Notes: generated by a model from the letters alone, not told the origin. DNA of 64,000 nt from a virus (IMGVR_UViG_3300028048_000001:64001-128000); one strand, 5' to 3'; shown: positions 38,790 to 49,359, counted from the first letter of the stretch. Translations and numbers: made by a program.

Positions 38790-39491
38790 ATGAAATTAAC
38801 AGATATTTTTAACGATAATTCAGTTTGTATTTTTACAGATTCTAGTTTTAAGAATATGTCAAATGATAAAAATATTGCTGTAGGTATTACAGCACCATCT
38901 ATATGTATTTACATTGGTACAGATATTGTGTATCAAGATTTTTATATATTACATAATTCAACAACTCAACAAGGTGAGTTGTATGCTATATTAATGGGTG
39001 TGATGAAATCTTATTTATATAAAGATTATAAAAATATTAGATTATTTTCAGATTCTCAAGTATCTATATTTGGTATTAGAGATAGAATATTTAAATGGGT
39101 TAGATCTACTAAAGAAGGAAAAAATATTTTAGGAGAAAATGGTTCTATTAAAAACCAAGATTATATAATGGATATAGTATACTATATTTTATATAACAAT
39201 ATTCCTATAGAATTTTATCATGTAAAAGGACATGTAAAAAAATCTTATGATAGTATATTGAAAGCTAAAAATACATTTAAAAATTCAAATAATATTATAG
39301 AAGCTGTAGATGATGCATTAATATATATGATATCAAGTGCTAATAATTATGTAGATAATTATTCTACAGATATGCTTTATAGTAATTTAAATAATTTTAT
39401 TACAAATTTAAAACCAGGAGTTAGTATTGGATATACTGATTTTAATATTAATCAGTATTATAAACTTATTAAAGGAGATTATTGTGAATAA
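38790..39491 (+). CDS. Ribonuclease HI-like protein
   Basis: IFTDSS, QQGELYAI, LFSDSQ, HVKGH and NNYVD catalytic motifs; the ATG at 38790 has an AAGGTG RBS. Confidence 0.85.
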   Translation: MKLTDIFNDNSVCIFTDSSFKNMSNDKNIAVGITAPSICIYIGTDIVYQDFYILHNSTTQQGELYAILMGVMKSYLYKDYKNIRLFSDSQVSIFGIRDRIFKWVRSTKEGKNILGENGSIKNQDYIMDIVYYILYNNIPIEFYHVKGHVKKSYDSILKAKNTFKNSNNIIEAVDDALIYMISSANNYVDNYSTDMLYSNLNNFITNLKPGVSIGYTDFNINQYYKLIKGDYCE

Positions 39492-39927
39492 CAATTATAC
39501 GTTAAATTTGATAAACTATAATTTATTATATGAAATAAATCTTCCATCAAAAATAACAGACTATGATTATGATACAAATAACTCTTCAAGAAGATTTATC
39601 AGTACACTTTTACACAAATTATCTTTTTATGATAAAATTACTAATATTAAAATATTAGATTTAAATTTTTCTACAGAAACTTGTTATAATTTAAAGCATG
39701 GATTAATTAAATTAATAGATGATAATTCAAAATCTCCAAAACCATTTTTATTAACAATTCGGGATATATATCTAGATGAGATGTATATACCAAGTGTATT
39801 ATCAATGTTTAAATTGCCAAATAATTATATCCAAATTTCTATATTAAATAATATAAATCAAAAAATATTAATATTTAATAATTATGAAATAAAAGAATTA
39901 ATTAATTTATTAAATATTGAATTTTAA
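39484..39927 (+). CDS. Hypothetical protein
   Basis: GTG at 39484 with AAGGAG RBS, in frame with the listed 39427 ORF. Confidence 0.5.
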   Translation: MNNNYTLNLINYNLLYEINLPSKITDYDYDTNNSSRRFISTLLHKLSFYDKITNIKILDLNFSTETCYNLKHGLIKLIDDNSKSPKPFLLTIRDIYLDEMYIPSVLSMFKLPNNYIQISILNNINQKILIFNNYEIKELINLLNIEF

Positions 39928-39976
39928 ATTCACTTTGAAATAATAAGAATTTTAAATTTTAGAAAGGGAATTAAGT

Positions 39977-40258
39977 ATGGATATAAAAATTGTTGTAGAA
40001 TTTGCTGTTGCAGCTTTAATTGCTATAGGCATATTAGTTGGAATTCTTATTGGTATTCAAGCAGATATGAGCAGAACATTGTATATTATTTTAGACGAAA
40101 ATATTAATATTCGTAAAATTATGATGAAACAATATATTGCTACTAAAATTCTTTTTAAAAATAAATATGAAATTGATATTGATGAATATGAAGAATTATA
40201 TAATTCTTCTATAGATGCTAATTATAAGAATAAAATTTCTAACAATAATGAAATTTAA
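39977..40258 (+). CDS. Small membrane protein
   Basis: N-terminal TM helix IVVEFAVAALIAIGILVGILIGI. Confidence 0.6.
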   Translation: MDIKIVVEFAVAALIAIGILVGILIGIQADMSRTLYIILDENINIRKIMMKQYIATKILFKNKYEIDIDEYEELYNSSIDANYKNKISNNNEI

Positions 40259-40288
40259 TTTCTTAAAATAATAAGGAGGAAAATAAAA

Positions 40289-41206
40289 ATGATTAATAAA
40301 ATTAAACCTATTCATGCACAAGATTGTAACTGTGAAAATTGTAAAAATAATATAGTAATGGTACCTATTGATGTTAATTCTCTTTCTGATTCTGATAGAG
40401 AGATAATAGATAATTACATGACTAAAAATAATAATAATATAGTTTCAAATACAAATATTGATATACCTAGACCAGCTATTAGATATGATGGTTTTAATGT
40501 TTATACAAATAATGGTATCGTAAATATTCCATCGAATGTTTACAATGTTTTTTCATCATTGGGTGTTAGTATTACAGATTTAATTTCTCATGATGTTAAT
40601 AGTGATACGTTTAATTTTGATATGAATACATTAGAACTTGTTGTATCTACAAATATGTGTATATGTATTGATAATTTTATTTTAACCTTAGATAATTTGT
40701 ATTCTGTTGCTATTGAGAATATTAATAATAAATTTAAAACATATTTTATTGATAAAATATTATCAGAAATGACAGCAGAAGAAGATTATTATAATATGGA
40801 TAGCAGTATAAAGAATTTCGAATTTCGTCCATACTACCATTTCATTAATAGAACAGATCTGTCTAAAGCTATTAGTACATATATTTCAATAGGGCCTAAG
40901 GCTAGAGAAAATATGTATGATAATATAATGTCTTTTTCTATCGCTTATATAAATAAATCTGGTTTATCGATTTATAATAATCTTAGAAACGAACTTACTT
41001 CATTTTGTGAAATTAAAGAAGTTACTAAAAATGGAAATGATATTGTAAAAGATATGTTTTCGTTTATAGAAAAAGAGTTTTCTAATATAATGATATCATT
41101 TACAAGTGAAGCTGCAATATTTTCTAATAATATTGTAGAAAATTTTGATATTTTATTTAATCCTGAAAAATATATTGCTAAATATTTACAAATTGAAAAT
41201 TCTTAA
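40289..41206 (+). CDS. Hypothetical protein
   Basis: 305 aa, AAGGAGG RBS, N-terminal H..CxCxxC motif. Confidence 0.6.
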   Translation: MINKIKPIHAQDCNCENCKNNIVMVPIDVNSLSDSDREIIDNYMTKNNNNIVSNTNIDIPRPAIRYDGFNVYTNNGIVNIPSNVYNVFSSLGVSITDLISHDVNSDTFNFDMNTLELVVSTNMCICIDNFILTLDNLYSVAIENINNKFKTYFIDKILSEMTAEEDYYNMDSSIKNFEFRPYYHFINRTDLSKAISTYISIGPKARENMYDNIMSFSIAYINKSGLSIYNNLRNELTSFCEIKEVTKNGNDIVKDMFSFIEKEFSNIMISFTSEAAIFSNNIVENFDILFNPEKYIAKYLQIENS

Positions 41207-41239
41207 TTTGAATGTAAAAGTAAATTCGTAATTAAATAA

Positions 41240-41255
41240 ATATTATAATTATGAA
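41240..41255 (+). promoter_or_regulatory. Early-type phage promoter motif
   Basis: ATATTATAATTATGAA upstream of 41350. Confidence 0.6.
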
Positions 41256-41349
41256 TTATATAGAATGGAGGTTAATATTTAAAATTTATATTCAAATTAA
41301 CTCTCTTCTAAAGAGAGAAATGAAGATTTTATAAAAGGAGAAAATAATA

Positions 41350-42996
41350 ATGTTTGCACCCAATTATATGAATATGCAGCCTATGAATGGCTATGGGTTT
41401 AATAATATAACTAATAATTATGGTGGATATCCATTTGGATATCCACCTCAAATTGTAAATTCTGGATACAATATGTATCAGCAAAGAAATCCATACAATA
41501 ATTATGGAATTCCAAATACTATGAATGGAACATATTATCCAACAATGCAAATGCAAGAACAACAAATGTTGTTGCAAAATGGTGGATATTATGATAATAA
41601 TACAAATCAATTTATAACAAATGACAAACCTTTAAAATCCGGTCCCGATAATCCCCTTGAACAATATAGATATATTCCTGGTCAAAACACTGGATATGTA
41701 GAATTAGAAAAATCTGATGGTTCTAAAGATAAAGTGTATATTCCTGGTGGAACAATTACAAGACCAGGAGGATATAATCCAGCCACTGGAATGATTACTC
41801 AACCAATGGTTAGATATCCTGGATTAGAAAATATGACAAATGTTCCAAATTATGGTATGTTTAATGGTTCACAATATCCTATTCACATGTTACCAAATGG
41901 ATTTGGACAGAATTATTTTGGTAATTGTGTACAAGGATATTCTATGAATGAATTTGATAATTTTCTTAAAGAAATATTATATAGTGATGAGCCATATAAA
42001 TATTCAGCATTTGATGGAATTGAGATGTTAGAGAATATAATTTTAACAGATGCTGAAAGGGAGAAAATTAATCATAATAATAATGTATCTATAATTGGAA
42101 CAGATTATTATGGAAATCCTATTTATAATAATTATTATTTAGCAAATCAACAAAAGCAAGAAATTATAGAAAAAATTAGAAATAATGAAATAGAACATTA
42201 TACACGAATTTCTAAAGCTGTTCATGCATATGATGGAAAAGAATTTGATGAAGAAAAAGCTAGAGAAAGATTTGATCCAATGAGAAGATATAATCAATAT
42301 CAGCAAACTATTAATCAGCAAATGAAACCATTTAATATGTATACAGCTACAGAAAAAGAAAAGAAAGAATATTTTGAAAATATAAGAATTATAAATACAA
42401 ATAATCTTGTAAATCAAATTGAAAATTTTGATAGACAAATGGAGCAATTTAATAGATTTAGAGATATGATGAGATGTAAAATCAAAGAATCTCATGATAT
42501 TGCTCTTGGTATAAAACCAGGAGAACATTATAACCTTTCTACATTTTTAACGAATGCATATAAAATTGGAATTAATAATAAAATGCAAGAACTTAAATCG
42601 TTAAAAAGAAATGGTAAATTAAAATATAATTCTAATGATTATAAAAATGCTATATCTAGAAAGGTTAATAGAAATAATTTTATTAATAATACTCCAGATA
42701 TTGTAAGTACAAAAGATACAGAAGAATTAACTATAGAAAGTGCTTTAAGATCTGCTTATGACCATAATAGATCAGGAATGCCTATTCCTTTACCAGATCA
42801 TGGGCAATCATTAATGATCAGTTTTGGTGATGATAATTCAAAAAATAATGGAATTATGTATGAAGCTGGTAAAACTCAATTAAATGTATCAGCATATAAT
42901 GATAATCAGCTTGCTAGTAGATTAGAAGAAGTAAAACAAGAATTTTTAAAAAGAATGAATGAAAATAAAGTTAAAGCGATGGGGTATGCACAATGA
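41350..42996 (+). CDS. Protein with N/Q/Y/G/P/M-rich low-complexity N-terminus
   Basis: The first ~200 aa are prion-like in composition (the first ~70 almost uncharged); helical C-terminal part; early-type promoter at 41240. Confidence 0.65.
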   Translation: MFAPNYMNMQPMNGYGFNNITNNYGGYPFGYPPQIVNSGYNMYQQRNPYNNYGIPNTMNGTYYPTMQMQEQQMLLQNGGYYDNNTNQFITNDKPLKSGPDNPLEQYRYIPGQNTGYVELEKSDGSKDKVYIPGGTITRPGGYNPATGMITQPMVRYPGLENMTNVPNYGMFNGSQYPIHMLPNGFGQNYFGNCVQGYSMNEFDNFLKEILYSDEPYKYSAFDGIEMLENIILTDAEREKINHNNNVSIIGTDYYGNPIYNNYYLANQQKQEIIEKIRNNEIEHYTRISKAVHAYDGKEFDEEKARERFDPMRRYNQYQQTINQQMKPFNMYTATEKEKKEYFENIRIINTNNLVNQIENFDRQMEQFNRFRDMMRCKIKESHDIALGIKPGEHYNLSTFLTNAYKIGINNKMQELKSLKRNGKLKYNSNDYKNAISRKVNRNNFINNTPDIVSTKDTEELTIESALRSAYDHNRSGMPIPLPDHGQSLMISFGDDNSKNNGIMYEAGKTQLNVSAYNDNQLASRLEEVKQEFLKRMNENKVKAMGYAQ

Positions 42997-44969
42997 AAGA
43001 ATCAGAAAGAGTGAATATCCTTGAAAAAATATTATTTTCTGGAACTATAACTCCTATTGAATTTGAATGGGAGCAATTATCTCCAGATGTTAATATATAT
43101 CAATTATTAACACAAGAAGATATAGATTATATGAAAAATATAATTACTTCTCCGAGATATGCTGGAAATTCTAGACTTAGACTTTCTAAACTAGATGAAG
43201 TAATGAAATTTAGAAATTTTATAAAATTCGCTGGTGGGACTAATAGAATAGTATATACTCATCCCTCAGCACCAAATATGGTATTTAAAGTAGCAGTAGA
43301 TGCTGTAGGAATTAGAGATAATCCATCGGAATATTATAATCAAAAATTATTAAAACCGTTTTGTACTAAAGTATTCCAATGTTCTTCTTGTGGAACTATA
43401 GCTTCATTTCAAAAAGTTGATAGAATTACAAGTGAAGAAGAATTTTTTAGTATTATAGACGATTATCTTTCTCTATTAGAAGTTTTAATAGATGGAAAGC
43501 ATATATATGATGATATTGGAACTAAATATTTCATGAATTATGGTATATGGAAAGGAAAAGGATTAGTTATTCTAGATTTTCCATATATGTATGAAATAGA
43601 TGGTAAAAAATTAATATGTAAAAACATACTAGATGATGGATCTATATGTAACGGTGATATAGATTATGATAAAGGTTTTAATACAATAATTTGTACAAAA
43701 TGTGGAAGAATATATAGAGCAGGAGACCTTGCAAAAACACCAGAAAGTGGAAGTTCAATAACAAAAATGAAAGGAGCAGCAAGAATGAAATTTAGTCTTA
43801 AAAGAGGAGATAAAGTAATTAAAACTTTCGAGACAGGTAATGAGGTTGAATATATTGTAAGAAGAGAAAATAATATTGCTAAAAAGAATGAAAAAAATAG
43901 AATATACAACAATGAACTTATCAAAGTTAAGAAAGTTATTAAAACAAACAATGAAACCATTAATTCTGTAGAAATTCCTAAAAATAAAACCAATACTGAA
44001 TCTTCTACAAATGATAAAGATAGTAAAGAAGAATCAGTGAAAAAAGTAGTTAAAACAATAGGTGTTAATCTTAAAAAAGAAAAAGAAAATAAAAAATCTA
44101 TTAATGGAATTAATACAGAACTTATTAAAGTTAAAAAGAAAATTAAAACAGATTCTTTTAAGAAATATAAAGTAAAAACAATTAATAATAAAAAGAAAAA
44201 TATTCTTGAAGAAAAAACAGAAAAACCTAAAGAAAAAGATACAGTGATTGAAAGGATTATTAAAGTATCTTTAGATGGTAATATAGATAATACAACAAAA
44301 ATTAATACAGAAAAAGATAACACTGTTAAAAGTGGTGTAATCAAAGTTAATAAAACAATAGCAATTCCTGAATCTGAAATCAAAAGATTTAGTAATAAAC
44401 CTTCTTTAATTTCATCAGAGAATAAAGATAATTCTGTAGTTATTGAAGAAGAAAAACAGGAAATTATTAATAATTCTAAACCTACAGAAGAAATTAAAGA
44501 AGAACAAATAGAAAATTATAATGAATCTATACCAATTTCTACTAAATCAGAAGATCAGATCAATACTGAATCTACAGATATAGAAGATAAAGATATTAAT
44601 AATGATAATGATAATAAAGATTCCTCTAATAATTTTTATTATGTAAAGTTTTTAAATCATATTCCTGATAAATCTGAGATTGAAAATGATTATATATATG
44701 CTATATATAAAGGATCAGAAAATTTTAAAGATCATATAGAATATATAGAAGATATTATGACTATTGATAGAAATCTTTATGATATTTATGGATCATTTGA
44801 TAATAAACTGTATTTGATTGATAATAAATATGATGAAGATGGTAATCTTATTTTCTTAGTAGATGAAGATTATGAAGAAAATAATATTGATGATGAAAAA
44901 GATATTGATAATGATATCATAGAAAATATTAAAAAGTCTGGAAAACCTAGCATTAATGATATATTATAA
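42993..44969 (+). CDS. Ser/Thr kinase-like protein with Zn-ribbon and long disordered K-rich then acidic tail
   Basis: AGGTNRIVY (Gly loop), VFKVA, DNPSE, DDIG..MNYG (catalytic loop), LVILDF; then C..C..CTKCG. Confidence 0.7.
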   Translation: MKESERVNILEKILFSGTITPIEFEWEQLSPDVNIYQLLTQEDIDYMKNIITSPRYAGNSRLRLSKLDEVMKFRNFIKFAGGTNRIVYTHPSAPNMVFKVAVDAVGIRDNPSEYYNQKLLKPFCTKVFQCSSCGTIASFQKVDRITSEEEFFSIIDDYLSLLEVLIDGKHIYDDIGTKYFMNYGIWKGKGLVILDFPYMYEIDGKKLICKNILDDGSICNGDIDYDKGFNTIICTKCGRIYRAGDLAKTPESGSSITKMKGAARMKFSLKRGDKVIKTFETGNEVEYIVRRENNIAKKNEKNRIYNNELIKVKKVIKTNNETINSVEIPKNKTNTESSTNDKDSKEESVKKVVKTIGVNLKKEKENKKSINGINTELIKVKKKIKTDSFKKYKVKTINNKKKNILEEKTEKPKEKDTVIERIIKVSLDGNIDNTTKINTEKDNTVKSGVIKVNKTIAIPESEIKRFSNKPSLISSENKDNSVVIEEEKQEIINNSKPTEEIKEEQIENYNESIPISTKSEDQINTESTDIEDKDINNDNDNKDSSNNFYYVKFLNHIPDKSEIENDYIYAIYKGSENFKDHIEYIEDIMTIDRNLYDIYGSFDNKLYLIDNKYDEDGNLIFLVDEDYEENNIDDEKDIDNDIIENIKKSGKPSINDIL

Positions 44970-44975
44970 TAATGA
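44961..44975 (+). promoter_or_regulatory. Early-type phage promoter motif
   Basis: ATATTATAATAATGA overlapping the kinase stop codon, upstream of 44999. Confidence 0.5.
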
Positions 44976-44998
44976 TATTATAAATAAGGAGGCTTATT

Positions 44999-45253
44999 AT
45001 GGCTTCAATAGAAATTAAAGATGACAAAATTGCTAATAATATTGATAAATATCCTAATGGAGAGAAAGTAGTTGGTGCTCAAACATTTGTAGTAAAAACT
45101 ACATTCTTAGGAGATGTATATATTAATGGTAGACATTATAGACAATTATGCTTTACTCCAAATCAAGTAGCTTTAGCTATTGAGGATTTTTTGAATGGTG
45201 AAGATTATGATGATGGAGAAGAAGAGCATAATATGAAGAATAAGGAAGAATAA
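44999..45253 (+). CDS. Hypothetical protein
   Basis: 84 aa, AAGGAGG RBS. Confidence 0.6.
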   Translation: MASIEIKDDKIANNIDKYPNGEKVVGAQTFVVKTTFLGDVYINGRHYRQLCFTPNQVALAIEDFLNGEDYDDGEEEHNMKNKEE

Positions 45254-45257
45254 TATT

Positions 45258-45968
45258 ATGACTATTTTAGGTACAGTTTATATTATAGATCCTACACAAA
45301 TAGATCTTCTAATATATAATTTATCTACTAATTTATCACCAGCTACTGGAATTGGTCCTAATAGACTTTTATGTATGGATATGGATGAAACTTCAGATGA
45401 TCTGGAAAAAGATTTTCCAGATCATTGTATAAAAGCTACATTATTATGTCCACCACCAATAGCGATGTATAAAGAAATAGACGGAGATCAAGAAGGATTT
45501 ATTAGAACTTATAATGAATATCTTGAATATGATTCTTCTGTACAAGAATTTATTACATCTATGCTGTATTTCTTACATACTGGTGGAAATATAATTTTAA
45601 GAATTCCTGCATATTTGGAAGACGATCCAATATGGGTTCATACATTAATTATATTCTTTTATACCAGATTTGGAATTACTATAGGAACTTCTCCACAGAA
45701 TCCTTTTAATTATGATACAAATTATGATAATGCAATAATTACATTGCTTTATCAAAGAAAAATGGTTGATGTATTTGATTTTATTAATTCTAATACGAAC
45801 ATTTTTCCAAACGGATTTCCTGCAGAATTATATAATCAAATAGTAGATGATTTAATGATCTTTTCAGGTCCGAATAATGATCCTATGGAATTATATGAAT
45901 TTATAAAAAGAAGTTATTTAGAAACAGGAATTCCTATAATTAAACCAGCAATTTATTTTGATAATTAA
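45258..45968 (+). CDS. Hypothetical protein (weak DUF488-like pattern)
   Basis: LLCPPP..MY..DGDQEGFIRTYNEYL...GGNIILR. Confidence 0.5.
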   Translation: MTILGTVYIIDPTQIDLLIYNLSTNLSPATGIGPNRLLCMDMDETSDDLEKDFPDHCIKATLLCPPPIAMYKEIDGDQEGFIRTYNEYLEYDSSVQEFITSMLYFLHTGGNIILRIPAYLEDDPIWVHTLIIFFYTRFGITIGTSPQNPFNYDTNYDNAIITLLYQRKMVDVFDFINSNTNIFPNGFPAELYNQIVDDLMIFSGPNNDPMELYEFIKRSYLETGIPIIKPAIYFDN

Positions 45969-45980
45969 GGAGAATATTAT

Positions 45981-46481
45981 ATGTTAATATTTGGTCCTTA
46001 TAGAGCAATACCAGATGATACTTTTGTAATATTTAATTTATCATCACAAAACCAGGCAATTGAAAGATTGCCTGGTTTGATAAATATGCCAAATACAGCT
46101 ATTGGTAATCCATATACACCAGCAGAATATGAATATGCTTTTGATTTATGGTATTATGATTATGTATTAAATGATCCGATAGCTTGTTCATCTTTAATGA
46201 TGATATTAGATAAAATATATGAAGGATATAAAGTATATATATGCATATCTGATTATTCTTATGATAATGGAATATCAATGATAAATGAATCATTTATGAA
46301 ATTAATTCAAACAAGATATGATATAAAATATTCTGTTATAAATGAAAAAGAAGATTATTTATATATTCCTCAAGATGGTTGTGATTTTATGTCAGTACAA
46401 GGTATAATAACTTTTGATGAAGATAGAAAAAGATTTATGCAGATTTGTGAAGAGAATAGAATATTATCTGGGGGAAATTAA
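45981..46481 (+). CDS. Hypothetical protein, possible distant paralog of the upstream gene
   Basis: FDLWYYDYVL...EGYKVYICI...IQTRYDI parallels FIRTYNEYL...GGNIILRI...FYTRFGI. Confidence 0.5.
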   Translation: MLIFGPYRAIPDDTFVIFNLSSQNQAIERLPGLINMPNTAIGNPYTPAEYEYAFDLWYYDYVLNDPIACSSLMMILDKIYEGYKVYICISDYSYDNGISMINESFMKLIQTRYDIKYSVINEKEDYLYIPQDGCDFMSVQGIITFDEDRKRFMQICEENRILSGGN

Positions 46482-46483
46482 AA

Positions 46484-46732
46484 ATGTCAGCAGAAATTGT
46501 AGAGCATGGCAAATTATCAAAAGAAAGAAATAAATTTATTTATTTTGAGTGTCAAAATCCAAAATGTGAATGTAAATTTAAAATAAGGGATAATGATGAA
46601 GATTTAAATATTATTACAACAAGATATGGTTTTTTTCTTAAAAAAAGAAGAATCGAATATTGCTATCGTTGCCCTGAGTGTATGGAATTAGCTAAAGTTA
46701 TAGAATTACCAGACGAATATGATGATATATAA
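46484..46732 (+). CDS. Small Zn-ribbon protein
   Basis: FECQNPKCECKF...RCPEC. Confidence 0.6.
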   Translation: MSAEIVEHGKLSKERNKFIYFECQNPKCECKFKIRDNDEDLNIITTRYGFFLKKRRIEYCYRCPECMELAKVIELPDEYDDI

Positions 46733-46744
46733 AAGGAGGATAAT

Positions 46745-47206
46745 ATGAATATCACATTAAATGTAGACGAAAAATTATTTGATGAAGGTGGTATTGGTGA
46801 AGCCATTAAAGATGCTTTTATAAACATGCCTATGGAAGAAAAATCATCCGTAATGAAAGAAATTTTAAAACAATATCTTCTTGATAGTGGTTTTATTAAA
46901 AGATATTTTGTAGAAAATAAAAGTTTTAGTTCTTGGGGAACATATAAAACAGAAGAAGCTCCAACAGCAGAATTTAGAAAATTAATTTCTACTATTGATT
47001 TCTCTGAAGAGATGGATGATGTTAAAAAAATATTTGAAGAAGTTATTAAAAATGATTTAAAAGAACAAGTTATCAAACTTATGGTAGATAGCTATGTAAA
47101 TACTATAGCGAATACTCTATTTGATAGTAGTTCAGAATTTAGAGTTAGATTATCACAAAATATTTTTTCTATAGTTATTAACCAAATGAATAAAAGCAAA
47201 ACTTAA
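46745..47206 (+). CDS. Hypothetical helical protein
   Basis: 153 aa, AAGGAGG RBS. Confidence 0.6.
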   Translation: MNITLNVDEKLFDEGGIGEAIKDAFINMPMEEKSSVMKEILKQYLLDSGFIKRYFVENKSFSSWGTYKTEEAPTAEFRKLISTIDFSEEMDDVKKIFEEVIKNDLKEQVIKLMVDSYVNTIANTLFDSSSEFRVRLSQNIFSIVINQMNKSKT

Positions 47207-47227
47207 GAAAACTTAAGGTATATAAAA

Positions 47228-48040
47228 ATGACTTCTAGTCTATGGAGAAATATAAATTATAAGACACCGATAAAATATTATATAAATACTTATATTAGAG
47301 AATATGATTTATCTAAAGCAAATATAAATGCTTTGTTATATCAAAAAAGAATATCTAAATCTGAATATGATAATTTCTATTCTATGGATAAAAAAGAAAG
47401 AGAAGTTATTATAGGAAAAATGATATCTAAAGATAGAACAATATATCAAGATATTCAATCTGGTATAAAAGAAGCAAAAAGAAAATTATTTTTAACAAAT
47501 AATATAGAAGATATAGATATTGTATCTATTAAAAATGATGCAGTATTTATAGTAGGAAAATATTTACAAAATACAGAATTTCCACCTTTTAATTTTGTAA
47601 TAAAAAATGAATATAATATATTTTTACAATTACAGGAATTAGAAATATATTATTCTGATTCTATAGATAATAGCGGATATAATATAAATATAGATGTAAA
47701 AGGGATTGGAGATAATAATTTATTATTACATCAAAATGGAATGTTAGATTTAATTTGTGAAGTTTGCAGAAAATTACAAAGAGAACCTGTAGAAGAAACA
47801 ATGAATTATGTTTCTGTTATGTATAATAAATTTATAAATAGAGAATTAAATAAAGAATATTATAGAAATTTTGATTCATTCTCTATGTATATAATTCCTA
47901 CTTTTATGCAGTTTATACAAGTTCCAGATATATCTGAAGATATGAAATATGCTGTAGATATAAATAGAAATTTAAGTATAATGAGAAATTTAGTAGGTAT
48001 AATATCAGATATTTATAGACAAAAAAGGAGAAGAGGATAA
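47228..48040 (+). CDS. Small family-B DNA polymerase palm-like protein (putative)
   Basis: IREYDLSKANINAL (motif A-like), IVSIKNDAVFIV (motif C-like) and IDVKGI. Confidence 0.45.
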   Translation: MTSSLWRNINYKTPIKYYINTYIREYDLSKANINALLYQKRISKSEYDNFYSMDKKEREVIIGKMISKDRTIYQDIQSGIKEAKRKLFLTNNIEDIDIVSIKNDAVFIVGKYLQNTEFPPFNFVIKNEYNIFLQLQELEIYYSDSIDNSGYNINIDVKGIGDNNLLLHQNGMLDLICEVCRKLQREPVEETMNYVSVMYNKFINRELNKEYYRNFDSFSMYIIPTFMQFIQVPDISEDMKYAVDINRNLSIMRNLVGIISDIYRQKRRRG

Positions 48041-48055
48041 TCCTCTTCTCTTTTT
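48021..48055 (+). terminator. Intrinsic terminator
   Basis: GAGAAGAGGA-TA-ATCCTCTTCTC-TTTTT region overlapping the stop codon. Confidence 0.75.
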
Positions 48056-48089
48056 AATTTTATTTTTAAAAAATAATATTCTTGAATAA

Positions 48090-48105
48090 ATATTATAATA
48101 ATGAA
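48090..48105 (+). promoter_or_regulatory. Early-type phage promoter motif
   Basis: ATATTATAATAATGAA upstream of repeat gene 1. Confidence 0.65.
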
Positions 48106-48142
48106 ATAAAGGATAATATTTATTATTTTAAGGAGGATAAAT

Positions 48143-49279
48143 ATGAATAATTTAAATCTTGATGTTGATATTAAAAGTTTTGATATTTCTCAAATTTCAC
48201 AAATTTATGTTGGAATTTCAAAAAAAATAGATGTATCTATATATGCTGATCCTAAGTTTGATAGTGATCAAATGCATCAAATTCGTCTTGGTTTAGAAGA
48301 TAAATTAGATATATCTATTTATGCTGATCCTAAGTTTAGATGTGATCAAATGCATCAAATTCGTCTTGGCTTGAAAAATGGATTAAATGTTTCTATTTAT
48401 GCTGATCCTAAATTTGATGCTTATCAAATGAGTCAAATTTATATTGGTTTGAAAGATAGATTAGATGCATCTATATATGCTGATTCTGAATTTAAATACT
48501 TTCAAATGGATGAAATCCGTCTTGGTTTAAAAGATGGATTGGACGTTTCTATTTATGCTGATCCTAAATTTGACTGTTCTCAAATGCATCAAATATATCT
48601 TGGTTTAAAAGATGAATTGAATGTATCTATTTATGCTGATCCTAAATTTGACTTCTTTCAAATGAATGAAATCCGTCTTGGTTTAAAAGATGGATTAGAC
48701 GTTTCTATTTATGCTGATCCTAAATTTGACTGTTCTCAAATGCATCAAATATATCTTGGTTTAAAAGATGAATTGAATGTATCTATTTATGCTGATCCTA
48801 AATTTGACTTCTTTCAAATGAATGAAATCCGTCTTGGTTTAAAAGATGGATTAGATATATCTACCTATGCTGATCCTAAGTTTGATTGGGAACAGATGGA
48901 TGAAATTCGTATTGGATTAGAGGATAGATTAGATGCATCTATTTATGCTGATCCTAAATTTAATAATTATCAAATGAGTCAAATTCGTCTTGGTTTAAAA
49001 CATGGATTAGATGTATCTATTTATGCTGATCCTAAATTTAGTGACGATCAAATGAATGAAATCCGTCTTGGTTTAAAAGATGGATTAGATATATCTACCT
49101 ATGCTGATCCTAAGTTTGATTGGGAACAGATGGATGAAATTCGTCTTGGTTTGAAAGATGGATTAGATGTATCTATTTATGCTGATCCTGAATTTAGCAG
49201 TCTTAAAATGAATCAAATCCGTCTTGATTTGAAAGAAGGATTGTATATATCTATATATACTGATCCTAAATTTAATTAA
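48143..49279 (+). CDS. 26-aa tandem repeat protein 1 (14 repeats)
   Basis: Repeat xxxQMxxIxxGLKDGLDVSIYADPKF; AAGGAGG RBS; early-type promoter. Confidence 0.9.
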   Translation: MNNLNLDVDIKSFDISQISQIYVGISKKIDVSIYADPKFDSDQMHQIRLGLEDKLDISIYADPKFRCDQMHQIRLGLKNGLNVSIYADPKFDAYQMSQIYIGLKDRLDASIYADSEFKYFQMDEIRLGLKDGLDVSIYADPKFDCSQMHQIYLGLKDELNVSIYADPKFDFFQMNEIRLGLKDGLDVSIYADPKFDCSQMHQIYLGLKDELNVSIYADPKFDFFQMNEIRLGLKDGLDISTYADPKFDWEQMDEIRIGLEDRLDASIYADPKFNNYQMSQIRLGLKHGLDVSIYADPKFSDDQMNEIRLGLKDGLDISTYADPKFDWEQMDEIRLGLKDGLDVSIYADPEFSSLKMNQIRLDLKEGLYISIYTDPKFN

Positions 49280-49311
49280 AAAATAAAGATATTTAAATTA
49301 AAATTATAGAT

Positions 49312-49343
49312 AAAGAAAATAGGGATTAATCCCTATTTTCTTT
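49312..49343 (+). terminator. Intrinsic terminator (identical copy at 50500-50531)
   Basis: AAAGAAAATAGGGATTAATCCCTATTTTCTTT palindrome plus T-tract. Confidence 0.85.
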
Positions 49344-49359
49344 TTTATTTTTTAATTAA

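Noticed and set aside
43664-44383. 239-aa hydrophobic antisense ORF
   Set aside because: Complement of the A-rich Lys/Glu/Asn tract of the kinase gene.
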